A DNA stretch of 62,672 bases, filler included, from Choristocarpus tenellus KU-1152 (taxonomy: Eukaryota; Protista; Phaeophyceae): NCBI GenBank assembly GCA_964200185.2. It is 9 parts of 9 records of this genome, joined end to end, with 100 filler letters (N's around TTAATTAATTAA, not from the genome) between each part and the next. Parts side by side here need not be neighbours in the genome. Positions count along the whole stretch, not along the records: positions 48,840 to 52,464 come from CAXNAD020018887.1; positions 52,565 to 55,202 come from CAXNAD020026062.1; positions 55,303 to 62,672 come from CAXNAD020006253.1; 6 more parts are not named here. One strand, written 5' to 3'. Of the stretch, positions 50,545 to 61,909 are shown piece after piece. The translations under genes and the position numbers were made by a program. Within the stretch, counting starts at the first letter, position 1, and the number at the start of each line of letters is the position of its first letter. The notes below the pieces were generated by a model. That model searched no databases and had not been told where the DNA came from. It saw nothing but the letters and a program-made list of their open reading frames with translations.

Positions 50545-50819
50545 ACGGTAGCCACATCAAGTGCAACACACATTCAATACCACCCAAAACGTGGGCCTTG
50601 TAAGACCTCGTCATTCACAATGGTCATTAATTGATTGATCAGTTGATTATCACACAATACTTCGAAGAATGTTGCAGTGATACTCGAGGGAAAGAAACAG
50701 AAGCAAACTCTTCAGTAATGGTACATGAATCAGCATTAGACGAACCACTGATAATATCAACAGGTAAACGGGTTTGTCTTCCAAACAGAAGGGAAAACGG
50801 GTTTCCTGCAACTTTGCAC

Positions 50820-51156
50820 TGAAAGCTGTGGTACGGGTCAAACTGTAAGAAGGCAGTAACAATGCCCAGTTATCCTCAGCAACAGAGATATACTTTGCTA
50901 GCATAGAATGCAACATAGCAGTGTACTCTCTCTAACATTGGATTTGCTTGCGGGTGATACGGTGCGGTTTTGGTTTTCTGCTGGGCAGAGATAAATTGCA
51001 ACTCTGCAAAGATACTGTTTTCAAATTCGGTGCCTGGATTGGAGTGTAACAACTCGGGTGGGTCAAAAATTGAAAATACACCTTCTACCAGCGTAGGAGC
51101 AATTGTTGCGGCCTCTTTGTTTGGAACAGGGCATAGCACAACAAAACGAGTGAGAT
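50820..51156 (-). mobile_element. Ty3/Gypsy integrase core remnant
   Basis: HLTRFVVLCPVPNKEAATIA..VFSIFDPPELLHSNPGTEFEN..TAPYHPQANPMLERVH (rve motifs, degenerate). Confidence 0.85.
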
Positions 51157-51416
51157 GAGCCAAAGTATCTTAGAGAGTAGAGCCACGTCAATTTGGTGGC
51201 CAAAATCCAATGTTGCGATTTCATTGTAATTTTGGCTATCGTGTTTGTTAGGAAGTGTCAAAATATCCTTGTTCCAGACACACCTTTTCATAGTGTATAC
51301 ATTTTACCTACTCCGAAATGTTTTGGACTAGGAAAATGTCATAAAAACCCTAAGGGAAGCCAAGCCCCAAATGGACAAACAGGGCAAAACTCATACCCTC
51401 TAAGATACTTTCACTC
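51157..51416 (+). mobile_element. MITE family A, directly abutting a Gypsy integrase remnant
   Basis: Complete; flanks agat/agaa (3 of 4 bases match). Confidence 0.9.
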
Positions 51417-51740
51417 AGAATCGGCAGAAGGATACAACATACAGCATCCTCGAAATATTGGTCAGAAAGGCAATGCAAAAAAGAGCAAAGTGAGTTTGGT
51501 TCTATGTTGTACAAAAAAATGGCACATTCATTAGTCAAGTCCACTGAGAGAAGTCATACATTGTCAGGCATTATGGGAGAAAGAGGAGAGAGAAAAGTAA
51601 AATTTAGGGTTGTTACACCAACTTCATCAATCCGAACGTCACTTCGTCACATGGGTGTATCACAGAAAAAAGAGTTGGAAAAACACTTGACTACAAGATT
51701 AGTATTAGGTAGTGACTGCTACACAATAAACGCTTCCAAT

Positions 51741-51824
51741 CGTCGACGATGACATTTCAACCCGCGCGCGGGCACAGCCCAAAGGATTTAAAGTCCTTCA
51801 CCTTAACCACTCCGTCACATCGAC
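51741..51824 (-). pseudogene. tRNA-Ser-like gene or pseudogene with anticodon TTA (ochre-suppressor type)
   Basis: Acceptor GTCGATG/CGTCGAC plus discriminator G, D-loop GAGTGGTTAAG, anticodon arm AAGGA-CT-TTA-AA-TCCTT, long variable arm GGGC-TGT-GCCC. The T arm (GCGGG-TTGAAAT-GTCAT) does not pair. Confidence 0.75.
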
Positions 51825-52001
51825 GTTGATAAATGTCGAACTTGCTAACACTAAACAACTAATCGGTAGGGACGAAGACTGAGTATTCATTGTGATAATA
51901 GCCACCTTTTTCAGTTTAGAGGAGGATTTCATTTTGTATATCACTGAAAGTGAAAAATAAGTTGAGAGGTGGGCACCTTCTAAATGTGAGTGGGTCATGT
52001 C

Positions 52002-52219
52002 ACTCTTCCCTGCACATCACTGTTAGTATAAGAGCCCTCACAATCCATCCCCACTAAGTAATACATTGGAAAGATCAGGATAATTAAAATTGAAAAATAA
52101 TTTGAGAGATGAGGACGTTGTCAATGTGACTGACATACTACTCTTCCCTGCAGATCACTGTTAGTAGTAAAGCCCTAACAATCCATCCACACTAAGGGAT
52201 ACATTGGAAAGATCAGGAT
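52002..52219. repeat. ~80-bp direct repeat (52002-52081 and 52140-52219)
   Basis: actcttccctgca.atcactgttagta..gccct.acaatccatcc..cactaag..atacattggaaagatcaggat occurs twice. Confidence 0.85.
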
Positions 52220-52606
52220 CTTGGCGTTCCACACATGTTCTTCTCGTCTGAACAAAGTTAGTGGTTGCGAGGTACCTACTACAAGTTGAGTCGTCTGTTT
52301 GGGGTTATCGAAGTAGGTGTTTTATTACTTCTACCGATAATGTCCAATACAACAATGTAACGTGGTTATTACAACATTCAGCTAATCTCAATCGATATAC
52401 GCTACGAGGGCTCCTTTGATCCTCGTAGTTATAACCTCAACACCCTTGCGGTGGAAAGTTTTGGNNNNNNNNNNNNNNNNNNNNNNNNNNNNNNNNNNNN
52501 NNNNNNNNTTAATTAATTAANNNNNNNNNNNNNNNNNNNNNNNNNNNNNNNNNNNNNNNNNNNNCCTCCCCTGGATCAAGATCACCCCCCCCCCCCCCCC
52601 CAGCAG

Positions 52607-55083
52607 GTTCATACCTCCTCACTTTTATCCCCACTCTCCTTACTTCTCCCTCTTGCCTTTGCTGCCCAATATGGCCGTCCTCATTGCCCTTCAGCGCGTT
52701 CAGCAGCAGCGGCTTCTGGACCACGTATGATGCTTCCCTTTGCAGGTGAGTCATTCGATACTCTTGAAACAAGCCTCCCGCAGCCCCTACCGCCCTAGCA
52801 GTGTAGGTGTAGGTCATGGTGTCAAACTGCTTTGAACTTATGTCTTCGTAGACAACTCAATGACGTGGCAGGACATAGCCGAGTCAATTAACATCCCAGG
52901 CGCAAAATTAGAACCTGTTGCAGGTGACAAAGTTTGAATCTTGTGAGGGCGGCCCTTCCCTCAAACCAACCAATGACTCCATGCCAACTTATCTGAATCT
53001 TTTAATACTCATTATCGATTGGAAGGGCAGTGAAGACCCTCTCCCATCATCCCCGACACCTCGTCCATCTCCTCACTTCTTGCATTTGTCACCACCTTCC
53101 GCCCTCCCCTGCCCGCCCGCCACGCCCTCACCAGGAGCAATTGCCGCACATATCGTGAGCAATAGCCCTCTGAACCCAGACCACCTCATCGCAGCCAGCC
53201 CAAGTGCTGCTCCACAGCGTTTGGTGGCAGTGAAGGAGACGAGGGAGGGGCTGTACCAGAGTTACACTGTGGACGTAGATGATAAGGCCCCGGTGAGTCT
53301 GGTGACGGGCTGGCTTGTTGGGGCATGCAGGTTAACCCCATTCGAGTGTAGCGTAGAAGTCTGAATTGAAGACACATACTTAGGGTTAGGGTTAGGGTTC
53401 TTCTCCATGCACTACTGCATTATTGTTCTGGAAGGCGTGTTAATGATGACTGTGGTGGTGATGATGATGATGATGATGATAATGATGATGATGTCATGAC
53501 TTTGAAAATGAGTACGCATGGTAAAAAGGGTAGGTGGCACGACATCAGCTTTTTCTCATTTTGTGTGCAGAGTTTGAGTGCTGTCGTTTTTGTCCCCACA
53601 CAAAGGGTTACACACAAAGGGGTACACTGTCTGTGTTAGATTTTGGAGAGTGGATAATGAGAATCTGGAATCAAGTTCGGCAATTTTTGCAGCATGTAAG
53701 TATTTTTTAAATACGGTGTCATTAATTCTCGTAGAATTATGTCAAACTGTTTTGGTGTACCCTGAATCTGTGTCGTTTCTAGTGTCCCTACAGCCATGCA
53801 AGTGTGATGTGCATGTGCATTCATGTATGAAAGAGGGCAGAGATTTCACGCCGGATGACTCACATTCAACAGTTTGCTGGATGACATGTTTCTCTTCAGT
53901 TGTGCCCTGTCTCTCTCCCTTGCCTCAAAGCTCTACTCTTGAGCAGTTCCTTTTGTATCACCCAGGAGTCTTATCCTCCGAGGAGAATTCCCCCCTCCCC
54001 CTCCTCATTCTGGATATTCTAGTGTACACACCCTGTAACAAGGGTTCAAAAGACAGTCAAATGGAGCCTCTACCGTACCCCTGTAGAGAGTAGTTGAGAC
54101 ATGCCTATTGGTGTACGGCGATGAGAAATCAGAGATTCGTTTCATCTATTGCAATTGTTGCATACCCTAGTGGAGGATGAACTAAGCTATTAATATATGA
54201 ACCACCCCTTACCCCTTGCCCCTACCAGTAGATGTAGGAACACCCCAACCTGCCCACACGCTGACTTGCTGGGTCAGCCATGTCAAGATTGTGCTTGACC
54301 ATTTGTGAGAATGAGATTTGAAGTCATATTTTATGTACGTACAGATGATGATGCGGGACATTAAGGATATTTAGGGTTAGAGTATTTGACCAGAGGCAAT
54401 TGTCGGACTGTTAGAGTCAGAGTGTTTCTGATGTGTGCTAGAGAATTGTTGAGTCATTTGGTATTCTGAGTCATTTGCCGTAAGGATTGGTGAGCCCCAC
54501 CTAGTGATGGTATCTCACTCTCTTCTCAACTGTGATACAAGCTAATAAACAATAAATATAACTAGTTGTGTGGGACAACAGATTGTCAAGGACAGCTTAA
54601 CAAGCCAAAAGAAATGCCTTTTCCGATGCACCTAACCCTTACTGTTGCTGTTGAATCATTGCCACCATTTGCACCAAGTATCACAACTAGCGCTTAGTAC
54701 TGCACCAAGTTTGGTACCAAACATGGTACCACAGGTGGTACCACCAGTACTTGCGCCTTGGTCTTAGAGTTAGTTCCATGTATTACACTTGAGTTGTTCT
54801 CGCCTCCGTGACTCTGCTTCTGATTACCTGCTTTTATTATTATTATTATTATTATTATTATATTCTGCTTTAGTATGTGCTTCTGATTACCCCCCCTGGT
54901 CACCCCCGGGGAACCAAATGCCAGGTTGACTTGGGCAAGAGCACCTTCAAGAAGAAGGAAGAGACAGAAGTTTCCAGGGACAAGTATGTTGCAGTGTTGG
55001 GGGTTCTGCTTGCTGGGTCCTTTATCATCCCCATGGTCCAGTACTGGTGGTACATTCGTGACGATGACCGTCCCATTGAGTAG
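52607..55083 (+). CDS. Small single-pass membrane protein of unknown function, probably plastid-targeted. Exons 52607-52745, 53135-53292, 54925-55083 (5'-partial)
   Basis: Two GTGAGT donors and CAG acceptors with matching phases (1,0). Product VHTSSLLSPLSLLLPLAFAAQYGRPHCPSARSAAAASGPRMMLPFA|GAIAAH..KETREGLYQSYTVDVDDKAP|VDLGKSTFKKKEETEVSRDKYVAVLGVLLAGSFIIPMVQYWWYIRDDDRPIE*: hydrophobic, Ser/Ala/Arg-rich N-terminus and a C-terminal TM helix. Confidence 0.8.
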
Positions 55084-55339
55084 AGTGGGTTGGTTTCAGT
55101 GCTTGGTAATGTCAGTATGCAAGCGCGAGCCTCCACTGCTTTGAACATTTGCCTCGTTGGAAGACCCTCCTTGCTCCAGGGGGGATGTTGGGGGGGGGAG
55201 GGNNNNNNNNNNNNNNNNNNNNNNNNNNNNNNNNNNNNNNNNNNNNTTAATTAATTAANNNNNNNNNNNNNNNNNNNNNNNNNNNNNNNNNNNNNNNNNN
55301 NNCCCCCCCCCCCCCCCAGATACTTTGACCCACCAACTT

Positions 55340-57400
55340 CACTGCAATACCCCGCCAGTCACTCCCCACCCTACTACATGATTGGCCAACTCATCCAGGA
55401 ACCTCTTTGGTTGCTTGGCTTGCCAAGGGGCCTAAAAAGGTTCAATGTGAAGGCGTTGAGGTTAAAACCACGAGGGTCAAGAAACCTCTTGCAGCGGGTG
55501 CGCTTTTGCATCTTGGCTGCAGCAACAGCTACACCATTATTCCTGAGGAATGGATGTGGCAACTGACCGGCTGCCTGGACCTCTCTGCAAGGGCAGCATC
55601 CAGAGGAGGCCTTTGTCCGTAGGGAGCTGAGTCAGCGCCCGAAAGTGCCCCAACCCCGAACACCATGTCCATGCGGAAGTTCCTGTCCACTGTAAGCGGC
55701 CTGCCATTCTCTATAGTGCAAGGGATACCCATTCCCCTGCAGATTTGACCTAGCCAATTCACCATAGGCACGTGCTGGTGTACTTCTCCTCCTCCGCCCT
55801 AGGGCAGGTGCATGCATGTCGAGTGTCAAAATTGTACCTCCTGCACCCAGCCGCTGGGCATCTTTTGGATATACAGCCTCCTCTCTACCCCTAGAGATCT
55901 GCTGTTGGCGAGTCTAAACTACAAAGGAGGGATCCTGTTAAAACATAGGCTACTCATTTGTTTTTTCCTTGATACGATACAGTTCCCACCAGTCAATACC
56001 GACTGTTGATTGGTGAGTTACGCACTGGCTGTTACTGTCACTAGTTCATCATCACCACATTAGTTGCTGTCAGAAAGGCACAGTACAGAACAGAACAGTC
56101 ACTCTGCATCCTACACACAGGAATAGATGCGTCACTTGAGTTGCATCACATATTGACTCCAGCTTGTCCTGTTGTTCTGCTGTTTTCCATTTTTTGTTTT
56201 CTCGCTCTTCTTAGCAGTAGCAGAAGATGGCTGTTGTATATTAATTGTTAATTATTATTTCTTTCTTGGTTGTCATTGGCCCCTCATAATGCACCAAGCT
56301 CACTCTACAATATGTGTACCTGATGCACACCTGGATGTAATATATTCAGAGTTTAAAACATCCGTGGAAACCCTTCCCAGCCAAGGTAACAAGCCTCTCC
56401 ACAGAGCGTGGACTTCTTTCGTTGAGTATCTCACAAAAGAACACTGAATTCACATCACATCATTCTGGACTGAGCGATCAATGACCTCAGCTACAACAGA
56501 ATAAATATATCGGTGCTTTGCAGCACAATCGCGTCTATTCACAACACGGAGTGCGCATTTTACTCATTGGTGCTTTGCAATACCATGATTCCTCATCGCT
56601 CGTAGTCTACGCATTTTGCTCACAAGTATGATGTATTCGATTCAGGTTTCAACAGATCCAGTGTGCTGGTTTCAAGGATTGCGTGGACGCCCATGCATTG
56701 GCCCCTTGCCTGCACTGACTCTCTAGTGGCGGGGTAGAGCTATGGAGGAACTCTCCCTCCCTTGTCCCTCTGCATCTAGAAGAATTTCAAAATATAAACC
56801 CCCACATTTGATTACTTGTAAGGCGTTTGTTGAACAGAATTTGAGTCATTAACCATTCAAGTCCGTCCACTTCCAGTCCTACCCCTATTCCCTATCTGGA
56901 CATAAAATCCCTTCTGAGCCACCGGTCATCACAACAACAGCGAGGAAGTACTGCATAGCCGTGGAACGTTGTCGACCTAGCCTCGCCAAACGTGTCTAGG
57001 TCCCAGTAGGACACATAGTACACTTGGTTTGATCGTCCTCTGTTGTTTCTACGGTGCGGTGCTATTTCTTCACCCAGCGTCCTGTCTTGGTCCCAGATTT
57101 TAGCGATTCAAACAATTCCTTTCTACTCCGGGCTACGTCGCAAGCTGGTTTAGGAGTTGCTGCCTCGTTTTCTGTCACTTGAAGCAGTCTCCGATACTCA
57201 CACGCCGCTCATTGTGTTTTTCTCCTATTTCCAGAAGAAAGCCAACGCTCTCTTACGCGGGGAGGCAAGCCATGCCTGAAGGCGTGGACTTTAGTGGGAG
57301 TCAGCTTGTTGATAACAAGGCCCTTGGCGACCATGCTGTTGAGAAGCTTGGCGCATGTAAAGGCTCTTTGTCCAAAGCTGGTAGTTGAGTTACATGGTAA
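55340..57400 (-). mobile_element. Decayed non-LTR retrotransposon 3' region (restriction-like endonuclease type), split by the solo LTR
   Basis: ICRGMGIPCTIENGRPLTVDRNFRMDMVF (RxD motif) followed by a K-rich helix and an xGxLG-like segment. The part beyond 56654 is heavily decayed and its boundary is approximate. Confidence 0.6.
55936..56654. mobile_element. Solo LTR (same family), inserted in a non-LTR remnant
   Basis: TGTTAAAAC...GTTTCAACA, perfect 5-bp TSD gatcc. Confidence 0.92.
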
Positions 57401-57669
57401 ACGTACACTGAATCATTAATTGCCCACCAGGTGTCCAACACTGGCTCATCATACCGTTTGCAAGTTACGACTGGTATTGTACCAAACTAAATATAAACGT
57501 ACGTGAAACCTCTGTTATATAGTTGTATCAGCACATTCAACGTAAGGATAACACGAGGTTACTCAACATCCTCCCCTTTCTGAAAACAATTATTAATTCA
57601 CATCACATCATAAAAAAAAAAACCCTACACATATGCCATCACTCTACACATGTTCATCAAAAACTTCAC

Positions 57670-58095
57670 ATCTTGTCCAAGAATTCGGACTGGCAAATTC
57701 TTGTCAATACATCTGCCCTCTGGTTTGCAGTACCAACAAAAACAACACGAATCTCTCCTTTCCTAGCTAAGTCCCTCAGAAAATGGTGTCGGACATCAAT
57801 GCGCTTTGTTTTAGTAGAGCTTGTGGCTTTTCGTACTAGTTTTCATGCACCATCGTTATCCTCAAACGTGCCAATGCAACGCCTAGAAAACTGTGGCTGA
57901 ATAAACTCAAAAACACTTCTCAAGAATAGCAATTCCTGTGCCACACTGCTGCCAAGAGCTATGTACTCACTCTCCGTGGAAGACAGAGCTACAACTCTTT
58001 GTACCTTTGACATCCAAGATATTGCCCCTCCTGCAAACATTATTGCTCCTCCAGTCACTGATCTACGATCATTCCAGTCTCCAGCATAACCGGGG
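57670..58095 (-). mobile_element. Ty1/Copia RNase H remnant
   Basis: YAGDWNDRRSVTGGAIMFAGGAISWMSKVQRVVALSSTESEYIAL..EDNDGA*..TKRIDVRHHFLRDL..QRADVLT, with an internal stop. Confidence 0.92.
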
Positions 58096-60797
58096 TATCT
58101 TACAACACCTCATCAAGCCCCGAATGGACAACCTGGGCTAAACACCCCCCTCTCTGGGATACTATGACCAGTCAGGAGGCGGTGGACGTGATCCAAGAGG
58201 TTGACCATGTGAAAACCACAAGCATATGTCGAGTTGGCTGCTCAATCCGCTGAGATTTTAGAGAAAAAAAATCTCGGGCGTCTAACTCCACCGCAGCAGG
58301 TGGCCACTGTGTACCGATCGCCTGGGGATCGCAGCTTTGATCGGTGGTTGAGTACTATGACCTTGCAGGGTTAGTGAAATGGGGTTGACACTGCCTGTGT
58401 GTCCTTATGGCCTCTTACCCCTCCCTCCCCCCCTCCCGCCTCCCACACACCCCACCCGTACTTACTCCAGGCCTTTAAGTATGAGTATCGTGCGAAAGGT
58501 ATGAAAAGGGACTCGCTAAACGTAGGCTCGATAGCCAGAAGACTTGGTCGTGTGGTCCAAGTGATGTACGACATCTGAGCTGCGGACATGGAGCGATCAG
58601 GTAAAGCCCTTCAAGTTTTTGCCATTTTTTTTTTATCCTTCCTATTACCATTTTTTGGTGCTTCTATCGCTTTAGTCAAAGCTTTCTTTCGCCTTGATTA
58701 TTAAGAGACAGTCTTTCCCTCAGTACCCCCAAATGACTCAACTAATGCCTTCGTATTTACCCTTTCCTTATCAGTGCTCTCTATGAATACCTGTATGGCC
58801 ATGTCAGGGCCATAACCGCACTCATGATAAAGAGGTCACCTGTGCCAACCCTCAGTCAACACGACCGAGCACTTGAGTAGAGGTTGGATGAGCTCAGACC
58901 TGTGTTGCGTAAGAGGGTTCCACACTGGACTCGCGGTTAAGATGATTGATTGCATGCCTTGGCAGAGGACATCACGTGGCTTGGCGTGGACATATACTAC
59001 TAGTATCGCAGGGGGCTTGTCGTCTCCAATTCCATTGACTGAACGCATTGGGTTCTCAACCTTTCGCGCCCATTGTTACTACTATTCCTGTAGTGCGGGA
59101 TTTGCAACCCTCCACACTAACAATTAATCACTTACGTGTCTTCAGCATGACGAGCATATCTAGAGCAGAGCACCAATCACTGGACACCAATAACAATACA
59201 CACCGGTACATCCATCGCTGGCTCTCCACCCCATTATCTTCTCCACCAGTTGTGTCTATATTGTATCGGCAGCACTATCCACGAATGTGTTGGGTAAGGG
59301 TAAATCACTGCCTCCTGCCACTGTTAAGCACATTGGGTTAGCCACCATTTCAAACATTTCTTGTCACGAGTAAGCATGCCATGCCCACTCATGCTAAGAG
59401 GGGAGATTGCGGTGTAGACTGAAGCGTTCGTTGAGAGGTACCTGGTCGTATAGAACGAGGTGGAAGAAAGATCATGTTCTTGTGGCCTGTCCTTTGCATG
59501 ACCTCACTTCTTGAAAGGTGGGTACATGCATGGTGTATACCGACATCAATTCGTAGGTACAGTTCTTTTGCCATTGCTGTTGTAACCTTTTAGGAAGACT
59601 GTAAGTGTGACAGTGCTATAGATAGATCGTCGTCCTAATGACAGCAATGTCGTTCCCCTCGACCCTTCTCTCTCGAAACGCAGTGTTGTTCACCTATGTG
59701 CCAGAGCTACAACAAGACCTCTGCTACAGACCACGCCTGGGAAAATTGGAGCCGGAGGTCAAGGACACCGAGCCAAAGTTGAGGGAGATGTACCATCTTT
59801 CACCACCCGCAGGTACTGACGAAAATACGGCAGGTAAATGTGGCCCCCCGCTTAGGTCAGTCCCTCACGCCATACATACTTTTTCAAGAGGTCAGGTATG
59901 GTTCGGAGCAGTATTTCCTCTTTCTTCTCGCATACCGACTTGAGATGGAACGAGGTGTACTGTGCCTTAGAAACTCTCTTCGGTTCAATAGTAGTTGTAT
60001 AGGACATGACAATTACTGCATGAAGAAGGCAAGCGGTTTGGGGTTATACATTTCTCTTCTGCACATCAATGAATGCTTCTCTTTCAAGGAGTATAGGCAC
60101 CCTAATCAGATGTATCGACGCCAGCGTCATAGTCGTGGAGGAACCCACCCTGACCATCTCAGAGCACCTAGGAACACTTGGGGACAATTTTGAAGCTCTA
60201 GAGATGTTTGTGGTCGTTGGTAGCTGGCTGTGTTGTTGTCCTCTACACCTTCTCTTCTCTGAGGATTCCAGAGTTGAAGAAAAAAATTTCGAACAATTGG
60301 TCCGAAGAAAATCGGTTTCGATTAAAGTACGATTTAATTGAGAGCGGACAGATTGCATCAGTAACGGTTCGCAACTCAAATCAATGCTGTGAGAAAATGA
60401 AACGTTCCATCCCCATCCAGAGTGAGGGTGATGCCCGTGCGTAAGAAATAGCATGCTCAATAGCAGCACGATAGTAACCGCTCGGCTATAGCCCTAGTAG
60501 AGCATACAACGACGATGACGTGAGGTGTGGTGAGGATCCTGATCTAAGGTAGTATCGACCTAAGAAAAACATGTATGGCATCCAAGAAAGCAATATAGTT
60601 AGTGGTGGTGACAAAGGGTAGTGAAATCTCGATGAAATATTTACCCCTAAAAGAGTTGTTCGGATGGTTTGATTATTTAGTATTGTCACATAAGAAAGGA
60701 AATCGACCCCGAGTCCTTGAGGTAGTAGGTGATGGTGGTGGTGTGGGTGTAGATAGAGTTGAAGAACGGAGGTTGAAGCACTTGTGTGTTGTGATGT

Positions 60798-60871
60798 GCT
60801 CTGGTGGTTTAGTTGGTTATAACGTGTGCCTTACACGCACAAGGTCCCGGGTTCGAGCCCCGGCTAGAGTA
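60798..60871 (+). tRNA. trnV: tRNA-Val (anticodon TAC)
   Basis: Full cloverleaf: acceptor GCTCTGG/CTAGAGT, D-loop AGTTGGTT, anticodon arm TGTGC-CT-TAC-AC-GCACA, T arm CCGGG-TTCGAGC-CCCGG. A TTTTT Pol III terminator follows at 60876-60880. Confidence 0.92.
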
Positions 60872-61080
60872 CAGGTTTTTGGAACGAGGGCAATACCAAC
60901 ATCCACAGTTATCAATAGAGTTTGTTGGAGAGTGGAAAATCTTCCATCCTCATCCAGAGCGAGGATGCTTCCTACCAAAACCTAACTCCTAACCTAGGTA
61001 GGTAGTTAGTTAGTTACTTGACCGTACCGGAAGCAGAACAAACATGTGACAATGACGTGAATGATGAAGGTAAGTAAGGT

Positions 61081-61384
61081 GGGGGGGGGGGTGGGATTCT
61101 GTTATAATCCAACTAAAACATGTTCCCAATACTACGAGGCGTATCACTAGCTGTCTAGTTACCCAAGTGATCCAAAGTATCTTAGAGGGTAGAGCCGCGT
61201 CCGTTTGGGGCTAATACCTAATGTTACAATTTGGGGGGGGGGGTGGGATTCTGTTATAATCCAACTAAAACATGTTCCCAATACTAAGAGGCGTATCACT
61301 AGTTGTCTAGTTACCCAAGTGAACCAAAGTATCTTAGAGGGTAGAGCCGTGTCCGTTTGGGGCTAATACCTAATGTTACAATTT
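61081..61384. repeat. 152-bp tandem duplication including a G-run, flank and MITE 5' end
   Basis: 61081-61232 and 61233-61384 are nearly identical. Confidence 0.9.
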
Positions 61385-61578
61385 TGATGTAACTTTGGCT
61401 ATCATGTTTGTTAGGAGATGTCAATATCCTTGTTCTGGACACTCTTTTTTATAACGTATACATTTTACCTACTCCGAAACATTTTGGAGTAGGTAGAATG
61501 TCATTTAAAATCCGTGAGAAGCCAAGCCACAAATGGACAAACAGGGCAAAAATCGTACCCTCTGAGATAGTTTCATTC
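61321..61578 (+). mobile_element. MITE family A (its 5' end is also duplicated at 61169-61232)
   Basis: Complete; 4-bp TSD aagt. Confidence 0.9.
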
Positions 61579-61835
61579 AAGTGTGTTTCGAACAAAAATT
61601 AACGGTCGACCACGAATCCCTGATGCAGTTATCAGTCATGTTAATGACAAAGAAGGGTAATGAAATCTCGATGAAACGTGTATGCATAAAAGAAAGTCAT
61701 CCAGTTGTTTGTTTATTTGGCTATCATCATCACATCAAAAAACAAGTCAACTACGAATCCTTGGCGTAGATACATATCATGGTGGTGACAAGATGTCATC
61801 AAATCTCTTCCAAAAACGCACATGCATTGGAAAGT

Positions 61836-61909
61836 GCTTTGGTGGTTCAGTTGGCTATAATGTGCGCCTCGCACACACAAAGTCCAGGGCTCAAGCCTTG
61901 GCTAACGAC
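61836..61909 (+). pseudogene. Decayed duplicate of tRNA-Val
   Basis: gctttggtggttcagttggctataatgtgcgcctcgcacacacaaagtccagggctcaagccttggcta is colinear with 60798-60871, but the anticodon stem, T-loop and acceptor stem are broken. Confidence 0.75.

Noticed and set aside
58200-60470. Several 70-140-aa ORFs (e.g. 59638-59943, 60069-60341)
   Set aside because: No recognisable motif, and I could not build a consistent exon chain.
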